A stretch of DNA of 64,000 bases from Candidatus Moraniibacteriota bacterium (GCA_030648835.1 JAUSGT010000002.1:565458-629457); one strand, 5' to 3'. Numbered from the stretch's first letter, positions 29,800 to 40,764 are shown. Numbers and translations are program-made. The notes: generated from the sequence alone by a model not told the origin.

Positions 29800-30540
29800 T
29801 TACTTTATAAAAACCATTTGTTTTTGAAGCCCGGTGGTGATGTGGAGTTTCATCTTTTCATCGATGTAGAAGTCAATTTCACTGCGGATGCCGAATGCAC
29901 CCGGGATATAGATGCCCGGCTCGATGGTATAACCGAGATTCAGTTTCAATGGTTCGTCGCCTTTCTTATTGATATTCTTGTCCGCACCATGGGGTGAACG
30001 CAGCCCGATGGAGTGGCCGGTGGAATGCAGGATATATTTCCCCAATCCCGCTTTGCGTATTATAGCATTGGCCTTTTCATTCACTACCCTGCCCTCCGGT
30101 AGTTTACCTTCCTTCGCGCAGCTTTTAATAAAACTCACTGCGGCATCCCTTGACTGGAGCACCGTATCAAAAGCTCGCTGTATTTTGGTTGGTAAAGTTT
30201 TTCCATAATACGCCATCCATGTAATATCCGCGTACGGATAGTTTCTTTTCTTCGATCGCGCCCAAATATCAATCATTATTAAGGTGTTCGGTTTCAAGAT
30301 GGCCGGTTTCTTGCCAATAGCATAGTGTGGCAGTGCCGAATGTTCATTGAATGCCACAATCGGCAGTCCCAAACACGACTTGAGATTATGTTTCCTAAAT
30401 TTCATCAGGATAAATTTCTGCACGCTCCTTTCCGTGACAATCTTCTCTTTCGCGATAAATACAAAAACTTCCCGGACAATCCCTTCCAAAACATCCGCCA
30501 CCTCCTTGTGATTCTTTATCTGCTCATCTGTCCACACCAT
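29800..30540 (-). CDS. M24 aminopeptidase, catalytic domain only
   Basis: PHY, ID..ADIT, HSTGHSIG, TIEPGIY, GIRSE. Confidence 0.88.
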   Translation of the reverse strand: MVWTDEQIKNHKEVADVLEGIVREVFVFIAKEKIVTERSVQKFILMKFRKHNLKSCLGLPIVAFNEHSALPHYAIGKKPAILKPNTLIMIDIWARSKKRNYPYADITWMAYYGKTLPTKIQRAFDTVLQSRDAAVSFIKSCAKEGKLPEGRVVNEKANAIIRKAGLGKYILHSTGHSIGLRSPHGADKNINKKGDEPLKLNLGYTIEPGIYIPGAFGIRSEIDFYIDEKMKLHITTGLQKQMVFIK

Positions 30541-30592
30541 ATGTTCCAATATAACCAAAAGCGGAGGAAACCCTCCGCTCTTAGTATACTCC

Positions 30593-30841
30593 TTACTCCT
30601 TTAGTTCGACTGCTGCGCTACCTTCTCGCTGGCAACAGCTCTTGCCGTTTCCGCATTTCAATCCGCAGAAACCGGTATAGGAGAGAAAGCCGGCCACTGC
30701 GAGTCCTACCCAGCTTATCCACATTGGGACTACCAAACCGCCCATAGATGCCTCAAAGCCGGTTACGATGCGCGTTAAATGAAGAACGGTAACAACCAGA
30801 AATATGGTCGCTGTTACTGTCACGTATGTGTGCTTATTCAT
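30593..30841 (-). CDS. Small two-TM hypothetical protein
   Basis: Two hydrophobic helices, Cys-rich tail. Confidence 0.65.
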   Translation of the reverse strand: MNKHTYVTVTATIFLVVTVLHLTRIVTGFEASMGGLVVPMWISWVGLAVAGFLSYTGFCGLKCGNGKSCCQREGSAAVELKE

Positions 30842-30869
30842 ACAATTTACTTAATTAATTACAAATTAT

Positions 30870-32798
30870 TTATTTTTTGTCCTCAGACTTCGCCTCTGGC
30901 GTCGGTTCTGTTTCAGCTTCTTTTGGTTCAGTTGACTCACCACCTGCGGCGGAGCCTGATTGTGCTTCTCCGGTAGGGGCTGAGCTTGTCGAGGCCTGAG
31001 CGGCTTTGTACAACTTCTCCCCTATTTTCTGTGCAGCAGTCGAGAGGGCCTCAGTCGCTTTCTTGATAGCCTCGAGATCATCGCCGTTTTTCACTTTGTT
31101 GAGTTCGGTGATAGTTTCCTCAACCGGTTTCTTCTCATCAGCGGTCAATTTGTCACCCGCGTCTTTCATCGACTTCTCGGTCGTGTACGAAAGACTGTCC
31201 GCCATATTGCGCGCTTCGATGAGTTCCTTCTTGCGTTTGTCTTCATCGGCATGCATCTCGGCATCCTTCTTCATCCGCTCAATCTCATCTTTGGAAAGTC
31301 CGGTGGATGATTCGATGCGAATAGATTGGGATTTATTCGTCGCTTTATCCTTGGCCGTCACAGAAAGAATTCCGGAGGCATCGATGTCAAATGTCACTTC
31401 TATTTGCGGGATACCGCGCGGTGCCGGTGGGATACCGTCCAAAATAAATTGTCCGAGAGATTTGTTATCTCCTGCCATCTCGCGTTCGCCTTGGAGAACA
31501 TGGATCTGCACCGATGGCTGATTGTCGGCAGCAGTCGAGAAGACTTGGGAACGGGATACCGGCACGGTCGTATTGCGATCGATGAGCGGTGTTCGCACGC
31601 CACCCAGTGTTTCGATACCGAATGTGAGAGGTGTAACATCCAAAAGAAGCACATCTTTCACGGAGCCTTCGAGTACTCCGCCCTGGATCGCTGCGCCGAG
31701 CGCCACCACTTCATCCGGGTTCACCGTAATATTTGGTTTCTTGCCAAAGAATTTCTCGACACTTTGGAGTACAAGCGGCATCCGTGTCATACCCCCGACC
31801 AGTACAATTTCACTCAAATCTTTCACATCAAGCTTGGCATCGGCGAGCGCCTTCTTTACCGGGCCAAATGTCGCCTCGACGAGATCGCCTACCAGTTCTT
31901 CCAATTTGGCACGGTTCATCTTGATAAGCATATGTTTTGGTCCACTGGCATCGGCTGTGATAAACGGCTGATTGATTTCCGTTTCATTGGCAGTCGAGAG
32001 CTCGATCTTGGCCTTCTCCGCTGACTCCTTGATACGCTGAAGCGAGAGCGGATCTTTGCTCAAATCAATACCTTCCTGTTTTTTGAATTCGTCCAATATC
32101 CAATGAATAATCCGTTGATCGAAGTCATCGCCACCCAAGTGCGTATCACCGTTGGTCGATTTCACTTCGACCGTGTCTTCGGCAACTTCGAGGATGGAAA
32201 TGTCAAATGTCCCACCACCGAGGTCATAGACCGCGATTTTTTCGTCTTTCTTTTTGTTGAAACCGTACGCCAAAGCGGCGGCTGTCGGTTCGTTGATGAT
32301 ACGACGCACGTTGAACCCGGCGATTTCACCGGCTTCTTTGGTCGCCTTGCGTTGTGAATCGTCAAAGTAGGCCGGTACAGTAATGACCGCGTCGGTAATC
32401 TTCTCACCGAGTTTTTCCTCCGCATCCGCCTTCAGTTTGCCGAGGACCATCGCAGAAATTTCCTGTGGCGTGTATTCTTTGCCACCCATCACGATCTTCA
32501 CGCCTTCTCCGGCCTGAATAATCTTGTAAGGAAGCGTTTTCTTGTCACGCTGGACTTCTTCATCGTTGAAATGCCGTCCGATGAGACGCTTCACAGAAAA
32601 CAGCGTGTTCTCCGGATTGGTGACACCCTGGCGCTTCGCAAGCAAGCCCACCAGGCGCTCACCGGTCTTCGAAATCGCTACCATCGAAGGTGTCGTGCGA
32701 TTGCCTTCCTTGTTTTCGATAATATTGGGAGTCCCACCTTCCACAAACGCCATCGCGGAGTTGGTTGTCCCCAAGTCTATACCTAATATTTTACTCAT
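30870..32798 (-). CDS. dnaK: Chaperone DnaK
   Basis: [23 protein letters not shown]. Confidence 0.98.
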   Translation of the reverse strand: MSKILGIDLGTTNSAMAFVEGGTPNIIENKEGNRTTPSMVAISKTGERLVGLLAKRQGVTNPENTLFSVKRLIGRHFNDEEVQRDKKTLPYKIIQAGEGVKIVMGGKEYTPQEISAMVLGKLKADAEEKLGEKITDAVITVPAYFDDSQRKATKEAGEIAGFNVRRIINEPTAAALAYGFNKKKDEKIAVYDLGGGTFDISILEVAEDTVEVKSTNGDTHLGGDDFDQRIIHWILDEFKKQEGIDLSKDPLSLQRIKESAEKAKIELSTANETEINQPFITADASGPKHMLIKMNRAKLEELVGDLVEATFGPVKKALADAKLDVKDLSEIVLVGGMTRMPLVLQSVEKFFGKKPNITVNPDEVVALGAAIQGGVLEGSVKDVLLLDVTPLTFGIETLGGVRTPLIDRNTTVPVSRSQVFSTAADNQPSVQIHVLQGEREMAGDNKSLGQFILDGIPPAPRGIPQIEVTFDIDASGILSVTAKDKATNKSQSIRIESSTGLSKDEIERMKKDAEMHADEDKRKKELIEARNMADSLSYTTEKSMKDAGDKLTADEKKPVEETITELNKVKNGDDLEAIKKATEALSTAAQKIGEKLYKAAQASTSSAPTGEAQSGSAAGGESTEPKEAETEPTPEAKSEDKK

Positions 32799-32846
32799 AC
32801 TTTTATTATTACTAAAATTATTATTAATTGAAATTATTTTTCTCTT

Positions 32847-32915
32847 GTCATTCCGAGCTCGTCGAGAAATCCCGTATTATTTATTCTGAGATCCTTCGAC
32901 TTCGCTCAGGATGAC
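32847..32915. repeat. Paired REP-like palindrome (REPIN-like)
   Basis: GTCATTCCGAGC..GAGAAATC / GATCCTTCGAC..GCTCAGGATGAC; related copy at 35367. Confidence 0.75.
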
Positions 32916-32917
32916 TG

Positions 32918-33562
32918 TCAGGAGCTGACAGTCACTTTCGCTGGCCTAATAACTCTCTCTCCAAATTTGTACCCCTTCTGCAAAACTTTTGCTACTGTAT
33001 GCTGTTCACTTTTTTGTTTCTCATCCATGCCTTCTCCTTGCTCCTTGCTACTTTCTACTGTGTCCAATGCCTCATGTATCTTCGGATCAAATGCCTCGCC
33101 TTCCTTCACCTCTATCGTCTGTATGCCATTGTCGGTCAGTACCGTTTCCAACTGCTTCTCAATGTACTGAATACCGACGACCCAAGGACTATCTTTCTGC
33201 TCTGGTGGAACGTGCTGAGTGGCGGAACGGAAATTATCCAACACCGGAACGATATCGAGCACCAATTTCTCTATGAGATACCCTCCAAGTTCTTTCTGCG
33301 CTTCCTGTTGGCGTTTCTTATAGTTCTCAAAATCAGCCCGACAACGCTTGAGATCATTCAAATATTCTAGAGCCTTTGTTTCCCCTTCTTCTCCGTGTTC
33401 TTCTTTGCTAATCTCATTCGCCTCGGCTTTCGTTTCTTCTTCTCCGGCATTGTGAGAAATCTCGCTTCTGATTCCTTCTTCTTGATTCTTGATTATTGAT
33501 TCATCTGTATCATCGTGCGAAACATTTTGGACAGGTTCTTTACTCTTCATTTTTTGTGTCAT
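32918..33562 (-). CDS. grpE: Nucleotide exchange factor GrpE
   Basis: ADFENYKKR, FDPKIHEA, QKGY..RPAKV. Confidence 0.96.
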   Translation of the reverse strand: MTQKMKSKEPVQNVSHDDTDESIIKNQEEGIRSEISHNAGEEETKAEANEISKEEHGEEGETKALEYLNDLKRCRADFENYKKRQQEAQKELGGYLIEKLVLDIVPVLDNFRSATQHVPPEQKDSPWVVGIQYIEKQLETVLTDNGIQTIEVKEGEAFDPKIHEALDTVESSKEQGEGMDEKQKSEQHTVAKVLQKGYKFGERVIRPAKVTVSS

Positions 33563-33566
33563 ATTT

Positions 33567-34340
33567 TTATCTTATTAAGTAAATTATATTGCCGGTGAAA
33601 ATAACAACGAGCGAGGAGCTGAGGAGCTTCTTCATATATTCGATAAGGGACTTGTTCTTGGCATACTCCATCCGTTTCGGTCCAATAATAGCCAGCATTC
33701 CCTTTTCTCCATCGCGATTCTTGTACGGCGCCACGATCATGGAACAATTATCGATACCCGCGATAGGGTTTTCTTTACCGATATATATGTGTGTCTCACC
33801 GTCTTTCAGTTTTACCATCAGCCCGTCCAATTTTTCATCCAGCGTATCGAGTGTTTCGACAAGACGGCACAATTCATCTATTTCCCGAAATTCCGGTTTC
33901 TCAATCAGTTCCTTCATACCGAAGTCATAAAAGTCATTGACACCGGTGCTCGAAACCGCCAGATTACCGGAAAGAACGGAAAGCAGTTTGGCAGTGGTCC
34001 GCCCCAGACGCACATGCTTGGCTTTGAGCAGCAGAAGTTCTTTTTGCAAATGTTCTTGATCACGGCGTGAAAGCGTTTCTTCTCCCATCATTTCTTCGAC
34101 GTAGATCCGATAGCCTTTATCGGTCGGGATGCGTCCGGCAGACACGTGTGGCTGATAGAGATACCCTTCCTCTTCGAGTGTCACCATATCGCTTCGGAGC
34201 GTCGCCGCGCTGACCGGAAAATCAAAACGTTCCAGAAGCGCCTGAGAACCCACTGGCATAGCTGTCTCCGTGTAGAGATTCACAATGGCAGAGAGAACTT
34301 GTTTTTGACGCTTGTTCATTGTTTTAGCTTCATTAGTCAT
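33567..34340 (-). CDS. hrcA: Heat-inducible repressor HrcA (short form)
   Basis: PVGS, SAATLR, QPHVSAGRIPTDKGYR, IIGPKRMEY. Confidence 0.93.
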   Translation of the reverse strand: MTNEAKTMNKRQKQVLSAIVNLYTETAMPVGSQALLERFDFPVSAATLRSDMVTLEEEGYLYQPHVSAGRIPTDKGYRIYVEEMMGEETLSRRDQEHLQKELLLLKAKHVRLGRTTAKLLSVLSGNLAVSSTGVNDFYDFGMKELIEKPEFREIDELCRLVETLDTLDEKLDGLMVKLKDGETHIYIGKENPIAGIDNCSMIVAPYKNRDGEKGMLAIIGPKRMEYAKNKSLIEYMKKLLSSSLVVIFTGNIIYLIR

Positions 34341-34373
34341 CTAAAAAATCACACAAATTTTTTATATATTTCC

Positions 34374-34414
34374 ATTATAAATACCTATTGGCACTCTGTC
34401 AAGTAGAGTGCTAA
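34374..34414 (-). promoter_or_regulatory. CIRCE operator overlapping the hrcA promoter
   Basis: Minus strand TTAGCACTC-N9-GAGTGCCAA (34388-34414) containing TTGACA; TATAAT 17 nt downstream. Confidence 0.92.
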
Positions 34415-34533
34415 CCCAGTAAAGTATTCGAAAGGGGTGTCACATGTTCTGTGCACCCCTGTTCTTATGTGGCCGTTGCCACGCGTGAGCCCATTGGCTC
34501 GATCAGTTTATAAATTTTTCGATGTCATACGCG

Positions 34534-34764
34534 CTAGTTTCTCCTCTTTTTGATACATTCGTTGCAACAGCGCATGCCGCAAACAGGATGGGCTCCGTCG
34601 TGATGATCCCTCGCGATATCGACGGAAACCCTCGTTCCTCCGCTGATACGCAGGCAGACCACCACTATCGTCTCTTCGGATTCTTCACCCGTTGTTTTGC
34701 CCGTGGTCCTGGCATGAGTTGCTGACCTTGGCTTTTTCTTGTCTACTGCTGTTCTCGCTATCAA
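34534..34764 (-). CDS. Small Cys/His-rich hypothetical protein
   Basis: SD GAGGAG plus TTG; ARDxH-x6-C-x3-C-x3-C. Confidence 0.6.
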   Translation of the reverse strand: MIARTAVDKKKPRSATHARTTGKTTGEESEETIVVVCLRISGGTRVSVDIARDHHDGAHPVCGMRCCNECIKKRRN

Positions 34765-34864
34765 GATGATTCTCCTCTGTGATATTCCTACTGAAACCGG
34801 GAGCTTACATCACTCCCCATTCTTTTTGCCACGGCAGACCCTATTCTTCTGGTTGCCGGTGCAA

Positions 34865-35083
34865 TCACTGACACAGCCCTCCACAGTCATGATCGCAAAG
34901 TTCGCCTTCTTTGTAGTGAGCTTCTCTCGCGACGTGGGCCGGGATGCTACGAAACGTTCCATCCTTCTTGGTTTGATTCTTCTTGGGGATTCCGGAAAGA
35001 AAAACCGCGCACACGATCTTTTCATCGTCTGAGTCGCCAGGTTTTGGTTTAACAGCCGCCGCGGCTGTCGCTTTCGTCGTCAT
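34865..35083 (-). CDS. Small Cys/His-rich hypothetical protein
   Basis: SD AGGGAG, ATGA overlap; ARExH-x6-C-x3-C-x3-C. Confidence 0.6.
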   Translation of the reverse strand: MTTKATAAAAVKPKPGDSDDEKIVCAVFLSGIPKKNQTKKDGTFRSIPAHVAREAHYKEGELCDHDCGGLCQ

Positions 35084-35274
35084 GTGGCTCTCCCTAATTT
35101 CCTGATTGTTGCGGTTGACGATCGGCTCTTCTTCGTAGAAACGCCGACTACTTTTCGGCAAACTGCAGATGATGCGCGAATCTTGGCCGGCTTGCCAAGC
35201 CGCGTAGGTATTCCCGCAAATGCCAGGTTTATCAACCGCCCCAGCAGTTCCGTTTCTCTTTTCGTTCTCGCCAT
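35080..35274 (-). CDS. Small basic hypothetical protein
   Basis: SD GGAGGA; coupled to the next ORF. Confidence 0.55.
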   Translation of the reverse strand: MARTKRETELLGRLINLAFAGIPTRLGKPAKIRASSAVCRKVVGVSTKKSRSSTATIRKLGRAT

Positions 35275-35366
35275 CTTCGTTCCTCCATTATGAAAAAACC
35301 ATTGGGATCATACTACTGACTGATTGTTAATGAACCGTTTAGTACTTCTTGAAAAAATCTTGCTTC

Positions 35367-35446
35367 TGTCATCCTGAACGCAGTGAAGGATCTCTATCAA
35401 TAGTCCATAGCGCTCCACGAGATTCTTCGCTCTGCTCAGAATGACA
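35367..35446. repeat. Paired REP-like palindrome (REPIN-like)
   Basis: TGTCATCCTGAACGCAGTGAAGGATCTC / GAGATTCTTCGCTCTGCTCAGAATGACA. Confidence 0.8.
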
Positions 35447-35451
35447 CAAAA

Positions 35452-35688
35452 TCACGGTACCGGATCATAGCCTCCGTCATTCCACGGATGACACCGTAAA
35501 ATACGTTTCAACCCCAACCAACCTCCCCGTAGGACGCCATAGCGCTCTATGGCCTCATACGTATAGGCACTGCAGGTCGGATGAAAACGACAGAAGCGTT
35601 CCCCAAACAGTTTCCCAATAAACCCATGCTCAAAAGAGAGAGTTTTTTGGTAAAACCTTATAAGTGAAAGTACGAGTCTTTTCAACAT
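35452..35688 (-). CDS. yidD: Membrane protein insertion efficiency factor YidD
   Basis: [26 protein letters not shown]. Confidence 0.93.
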   Translation of the reverse strand: MLKRLVLSLIRFYQKTLSFEHGFIGKLFGERFCRFHPTCSAYTYEAIERYGVLRGGWLGLKRILRCHPWNDGGYDPVP

Positions 35689-35770
35689 ACTGAGAGCATA
35701 GTCCTTGCCGGAACACTTTGTCAATAATGCCTTTTCACTGCTATAATAAGAGGGCTCAGATAAAAATAAA

Positions 35771-36679
35771 ATGAAAATCCTCAAACACAAAAAAATAACA
35801 TGGATTGATTTTGAGAACCCGCAGAACGATGACATCACCTATCTGCAGGAAAATTTCAATATTCATCCGCTGGCGGTAGAGGAGCTCGTCACCCCTACCT
35901 ACCAGCCCAAAGTTGTCCAATACGACAATTGTCTGTTCCTTTCCATTCATATCCCCCTCTTCGATGTGGAACATCGGACGACCTATTCCGGCGAACTCGA
36001 TATCATCTTGACTGAGCATCACCTCATCACCAGTCACCGCCAAAGTATTTATCAGCTCACCAAGTTTTTCGAAGACTTGGAAAAAAGTGAGGGTAAGCGA
36101 CGGCTGAGTCTGGAAGCCACCCCGGCGCATCTCCTCCACCAGATCATCGCCATTCTCCTCAATTCCTGTTTTCCTCGTCTCAACCACATCAGCGAGAAAC
36201 TAGACTTCGTCGAGAATCAGGTCTTCGCGGAAAAAGAAAAAGAAATGGTTTTTGAGATTTCCGTTCTCAAACGCGACATCCTCAATTTCCGCCGCACCCT
36301 GAAACCCCAGCGCTCCATCCTGGAATCTATTCTCCAGAAAGAACACCCGTTCATTCCGGCGGAGACGAAAATATATTTTCAAGATATGATCGGTACCAAT
36401 GTCCGTCTCTGGAACATCCTGGAAAGTCAGAAAGAGACCATCGAAGCGCTCGAAGCCACCAACAATTCCCTCCTTTCCAACAAGCTGGAGCTGACGATGA
36501 AAGTGCTCACCATCTTCTCCGCTATCCTCCTCCCCATGACTGTCTATTCCAACATGCTTGCGATGAGCGCTCAAATTCCATTCGGACATAACCCAAATGC
36601 CTTCTGGATTCATTTTAGCCTCATGATATTTCTCTCTCTTATCACTATTACTGTTTTTAGGAATAAAAAATGGCTGTAA
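35771..36679 (+). CDS. CorA-family divalent cation transporter
   Basis: [21 protein letters not shown], two C-terminal TMs; GMN replaced by AMS. Confidence 0.88.
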   Translation: MKILKHKKITWIDFENPQNDDITYLQENFNIHPLAVEELVTPTYQPKVVQYDNCLFLSIHIPLFDVEHRTTYSGELDIILTEHHLITSHRQSIYQLTKFFEDLEKSEGKRRLSLEATPAHLLHQIIAILLNSCFPRLNHISEKLDFVENQVFAEKEKEMVFEISVLKRDILNFRRTLKPQRSILESILQKEHPFIPAETKIYFQDMIGTNVRLWNILESQKETIEALEATNNSLLSNKLELTMKVLTIFSAILLPMTVYSNMLAMSAQIPFGHNPNAFWIHFSLMIFLSLITITVFRNKKWL

Positions 36680-36684
36680 AGTGA

Positions 36685-36767
36685 AGTATTATGTATTTTG
36701 TATTACGTATTATGCGGATACGTTTGCAAAGCTCGTAATTCATACATAATACATGATACCTGATACA
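36685..36767. repeat. Inverted pair of degenerate heptamer arrays
   Basis: (GTATTAT-like)x4 then (ATACATA/ATACATG/ATACCTG-like)x3-4. Confidence 0.7.
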
Positions 36768-36774
36768 AATCCGT

Positions 36775-38187
36775 ATGCAATTCTACAACACTCTCACAAA
36801 ATCGAAAGAAATCTTCGAACCTCTCCATCCCGGCAAAGTCGGGATGTATGTTTGTGGTCCGACGGTCTACGGGTATATGCAGATTGGCAATATCCGCGCC
36901 TACGTATTTGCCGATACGCTCCGCCGTGTATTGGAAGATGCTAGTTATGAAGTACGCATGATCAAAAATATCACCGACGTTGGGCATCTGACAGCAGACG
37001 ACATCGGGCAAGGCGATAGTGGTGAAGACAAGATAGAAAAAAAGGCGCGCGCAGAAAAGAAAACACCCGAAGAAATCACTCGCTTTTATGAAGAATATTT
37101 CATGCGTTTGGAAAAAGCGCTCAATATATTTCCCGCTCATTATTTTCCTCGCGCTACCGCCCACATCAAACAAATGATCAAATTGATCGAGGAGCTTATC
37201 GCGAAAGGGCACGCTTATGAAAAAAATGGTAATGTGTTTCTTGACGTCACTTCTTTCCCAAACTACGGTAAACTTTCCGGCAACACTCTGGCAAACCTGA
37301 AAGTAGGTGCCCGCCTCGAAGAACACCCCGATAAGCTACATCCCTGGGACTTCGCGCTCTGGCTCAGGGCATCCAAGGAACACCTGATGCGCTGGCCCTC
37401 ACCCTGGAGCGAGGGCTATCCCGGCTGGCATATCGAATGCAGCGCTATGAGTATGGAATACCTCGGCGATACGCTCGATATCCACACGGGTGGCGAAGAC
37501 AACATCTTCCCTCACCACGAAGCGGAAATCGTCCAGTCCGAGGGAGTCACCGGCAAACCATTCGTCCGCTACTGGCTCCATACCCGCCACCTCCTGGTGG
37601 ACGGAGAAAAAATGGGCAAATCCAAAGGCAACTTTTATGTGCTGGAAGATATCATGAAGAAAGGCTTTTTTCCCATGGATTTGCGCATGCTCTACATCGG
37701 CGCTCACTACCGCAGTCAGATGAACTTTACCTGGGAGGCGCTGGAACAGGCAAAAAAAAGCAAAGAAGCTCTCTACGGAATTGGAGAGCGTCTCGAGAGC
37801 ATCTCGAAGGAACAAAACAAGCCGGGGGCTTTCGCAGGAGAGGAGTATTTGAAGAAAGTGAGGGAAGCAATGCGCGACGATTTGAATACACCACTGGCGT
37901 TGGCTATCACCTTTGAATTGATAAAAAAAATAAACACCCTACTCGATCAGAAAGAAACAGTGGATGTCACAGTACTCGGTCTCGTCTTCGAAAAGATATT
38001 CTTTTTCTTTGGCTTGGTATCGGAAAAAGAAGCTATTCCGGAAGACGTGGAAAATCTTGCCAAAGAGCGTGAAGCAGCGCGTCAAGCCAAAAATTTTGCG
38101 GAGTCCGATCGTCTGCGCGATTTGATCGAAAAACGCGGCTACAAAACAGAGGATGCTCCCGATGGTTACCGACTTAAAAGGCTCTAA
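36775..38187 (+). CDS. cysS: Cysteine--tRNA ligase
   Basis: [28 protein letters not shown]. Confidence 0.97.
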   Translation: MQFYNTLTKSKEIFEPLHPGKVGMYVCGPTVYGYMQIGNIRAYVFADTLRRVLEDASYEVRMIKNITDVGHLTADDIGQGDSGEDKIEKKARAEKKTPEEITRFYEEYFMRLEKALNIFPAHYFPRATAHIKQMIKLIEELIAKGHAYEKNGNVFLDVTSFPNYGKLSGNTLANLKVGARLEEHPDKLHPWDFALWLRASKEHLMRWPSPWSEGYPGWHIECSAMSMEYLGDTLDIHTGGEDNIFPHHEAEIVQSEGVTGKPFVRYWLHTRHLLVDGEKMGKSKGNFYVLEDIMKKGFFPMDLRMLYIGAHYRSQMNFTWEALEQAKKSKEALYGIGERLESISKEQNKPGAFAGEEYLKKVREAMRDDLNTPLALAITFELIKKINTLLDQKETVDVTVLGLVFEKIFFFFGLVSEKEAIPEDVENLAKEREAARQAKNFAESDRLRDLIEKRGYKTEDAPDGYRLKRL

Positions 38188-38352
38188 TAAGCCAATATTA
38201 TAAAGTCTTAAGCCCTTTATCGGTATATTTCAACCACCCTGAAGTGAGGGGCTTGTGTTGTGTATAGAATGTGCATAGAATCGGGGTTGAAGTTCTCCTC
38301 CCCTTTCAGTATAATGAAATTTGCACTTCGTAATTCAGATTCGAAAAAAATA

Positions 38353-39708
38353 ATGGCCAAAGCGACCGACCATCTCCGCGTTCCTCCGCATAATCTCGAA
38401 GCTGAAACTTCGGTGCTCGGTTCTTTGATGCTGGATAAGGATGCCGTTATCAAAATTGCCGACCTGCTCAAAGTCGGTGATTTTTATAAAGATGATCACA
38501 ATGTGATTTATGAAACGATGCTCGCTCTCTACGAAGATCGTGAGCCGATTGATGTCCTCTCACTCGCCAACAAGCTGGAAGAGCAAGGCAAGCTGGAACA
38601 AGTGGGTGGATCGAATTACCTCGCCTCCCTCGTCAATTCCGTCCCTTCCGCTTCGAACGTCGTTCATTACGCCAAAGTAGTCCAGAAAAAAGTCCTCCTC
38701 CGTCGCCTCATTGGCGCCGCGAGCGCCATCGTCGAAATGGGGTATGATGAATCCGAAGATGTCCAAAAAATTCTCGACGAAGCCGAACAGAAAGTGTTTG
38801 CCGTTTCCCAAAAATACATCAAGCAGGATTTTGTCCCCATCAAATCCATCCTCGAACTCGCCTTCAATCGCATCGACGAACTGCACAAAAGCGATCACGC
38901 CTTCCGCGGCGTACAGACCCATTTTCCGGACATCGACAATCTCTTGGCCGGACTCCAGAAATCCGATCTCATCATCCTGGCCGCTCGCCCATCGGTAGGC
39001 AAAACGGCTCTTGCTCTCGACATCGCCAGGCAGATCGGTGTTCATTCCAAAGTGCCGGTAGGAGTCTTCTCTCTGGAAATGTCCTCTGATCAGCTCGTGG
39101 ATCGTATGATTGCCGCGGAAGCCGGGGTCGACCTCTGGCGTTTGCGGACCGGCAAACTCACGAGCGACGGCCCAAATAACGACTTTGAGCGCATTTCTGA
39201 CGCTATGGGTATACTTTCCGAGGCGCCTATCTTTATTGACGATTCCGGTTCGCTCAATATCATGGAAATGCGGACTATGGCAAGACGGCTCCAAGCCGAG
39301 CACAACCTCGGTCTGATTATCGTCGACTACCTCCAATTGATGGAAGGTCGCAGTCGCACGGGTGATAATCGCGTCCAAGAAATATCGGAGATTTCCCGTG
39401 GGTTGAAACAACTGGCTCGCGAACTCAATATTCCGGTGCTGGCCCTCTCGCAATTGTCTCGAGCCGTAGAATCTCGTCCGGATCAAATACCGAGGCTCTC
39501 CGACTTGCGCGAATCCGGATCGATTGAACAGGATGCCGACGTGGTGATGTTCCTCTACCGTGAGGACCGCGTAAAACCGGACACTCCAAATAAGAATGTC
39601 GCCGATATCATCGTCGCCAAACACAGAAACGGCCCTGTCGGCAAAGTTCAATTGTATTTTGAAGAAAATTCCACCACGTTCAAATCCCTGGAGAAGATTC
39701 ATTCGTAG
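38353..39708 (+). CDS. dnaB: Replicative DNA helicase
   Basis: AARPSVGKT, FSLEM, VDYLQLM, SDLRESGSIEQDAD. Confidence 0.97.
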   Translation: MAKATDHLRVPPHNLEAETSVLGSLMLDKDAVIKIADLLKVGDFYKDDHNVIYETMLALYEDREPIDVLSLANKLEEQGKLEQVGGSNYLASLVNSVPSASNVVHYAKVVQKKVLLRRLIGAASAIVEMGYDESEDVQKILDEAEQKVFAVSQKYIKQDFVPIKSILELAFNRIDELHKSDHAFRGVQTHFPDIDNLLAGLQKSDLIILAARPSVGKTALALDIARQIGVHSKVPVGVFSLEMSSDQLVDRMIAAEAGVDLWRLRTGKLTSDGPNNDFERISDAMGILSEAPIFIDDSGSLNIMEMRTMARRLQAEHNLGLIIVDYLQLMEGRSRTGDNRVQEISEISRGLKQLARELNIPVLALSQLSRAVESRPDQIPRLSDLRESGSIEQDADVVMFLYREDRVKPDTPNKNVADIIVAKHRNGPVGKVQLYFEENSTTFKSLEKIHS

Positions 39709-39821
39709 ACCTTCAATTTCAAATATCTAATAACTAATACCAAATCAATATTTAATACTGCAATACCTAAATTTTTCCTGCTTACTTCTTCATTAGGTAT
39801 TAGATATTAGGCATTTCAAAT

Positions 39822-40418
39822 ATGCATTACCCCAAAGTTTTTCAATCCTTGATCGCGCATTTTTCCGGCCTTCCCTCTGTCGGTCCCAAAATGGCCGAAC
39901 GCATTGTACTTTACCTCTTCAAACAGGATGAAGAAAAACTCCAGAGCTTCGCGGAAAGCCTTGAGGCGCTCCACCATCTGAAGAGCTGTACCCGTTGTTT
40001 CCACATCGCCGAGGGAGAGCTCTGTTTTATCTGCGCTGATACCAAACGTATCCAAAACACGCTCTGTCTTGTCGAAGAACCTCTCGATGTCATCGCCATC
40101 GAACGCACCGGCGCGTATCAGGGGCTCTATCACGTCTTGGGAGGTCTGCTCGAAAGCGGCAAAAGTGACAACAGTCAGAACCTCCGTATCAACGAACTTC
40201 TGAATCGAGTGGAAAATGACGGCATCCAAGAAGTCATTTTGGCTACCAACCCCACGACCGAAGGCGACCTGACCGCTCTCTATCTGAAAAAGAAGCTGGA
40301 GCCCTATAAAATCAAAGTCACTCGTATCGGACGCGGTATGGCGACCGGCGGCGATATCGAATACGCTGATGAACTCACTTTGGTCTCCTCCTTGACAAAT
40401 CGTAAGGAACTGGTATAA
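39822..40418 (+). CDS. recR: Recombination mediator RecR
   Basis: LPSVGPKMAER, C4 zinc finger, YHVLGG, ATNPTTEG. Confidence 0.96.
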   Translation: MHYPKVFQSLIAHFSGLPSVGPKMAERIVLYLFKQDEEKLQSFAESLEALHHLKSCTRCFHIAEGELCFICADTKRIQNTLCLVEEPLDVIAIERTGAYQGLYHVLGGLLESGKSDNSQNLRINELLNRVENDGIQEVILATNPTTEGDLTALYLKKKLEPYKIKVTRIGRGMATGGDIEYADELTLVSSLTNRKELV

Positions 40419-40494
40419 TGTATCCATTAGCCAGTACCTTAAGTTAACGAGCGTCAAGCTCGTTTTTCATTAATCATAAACCAGGAGGATGAAA

Positions 40495-40764
40495 ATGGGA
40501 GGAATTTTAACGAATGGGAAGCTGCTGGATACACCGCATGTGCCATCTACTCCTGAAGAAATTGCCACTGCGAATACGATACGCGAAGAAAAGACCGCTA
40601 CATGCGTCAACCTCAGCCTCTCGGATCTGCCGAAAGCTTATTGGGGCTTCCTCGGACCGAAAGCAAGCGGAGTCCTCGGTGGTCATCCGGATCCGGAATA
40701 TGTCTCAGCTCTGGAAAAGCAATTGCCAGAGCAAGAAGACTTGACCGGCTTGTCGCTCGCCTAA
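40495..40764 (+). CDS. Hypothetical protein
   Basis: Promoter TTGACA-N16-TATAAT (40392-40419), SD AGGAGG, downstream terminator hairpin. Confidence 0.6.
   Translation: MGGILTNGKLLDTPHVPSTPEEIATANTIREEKTATCVNLSLSDLPKAYWGFLGPKASGVLGGHPDPEYVSALEKQLPEQEDLTGLSLA

Noticed and set aside
34810-35025. Overlapping 71-aa ORF or frameshift extension
   Set aside because: No SD or slippery site seen; the overlapping frame has an SD and the paralogous motif
38560-39702. 380-aa - strand ORF
   Set aside because: Antisense shadow of dnaB
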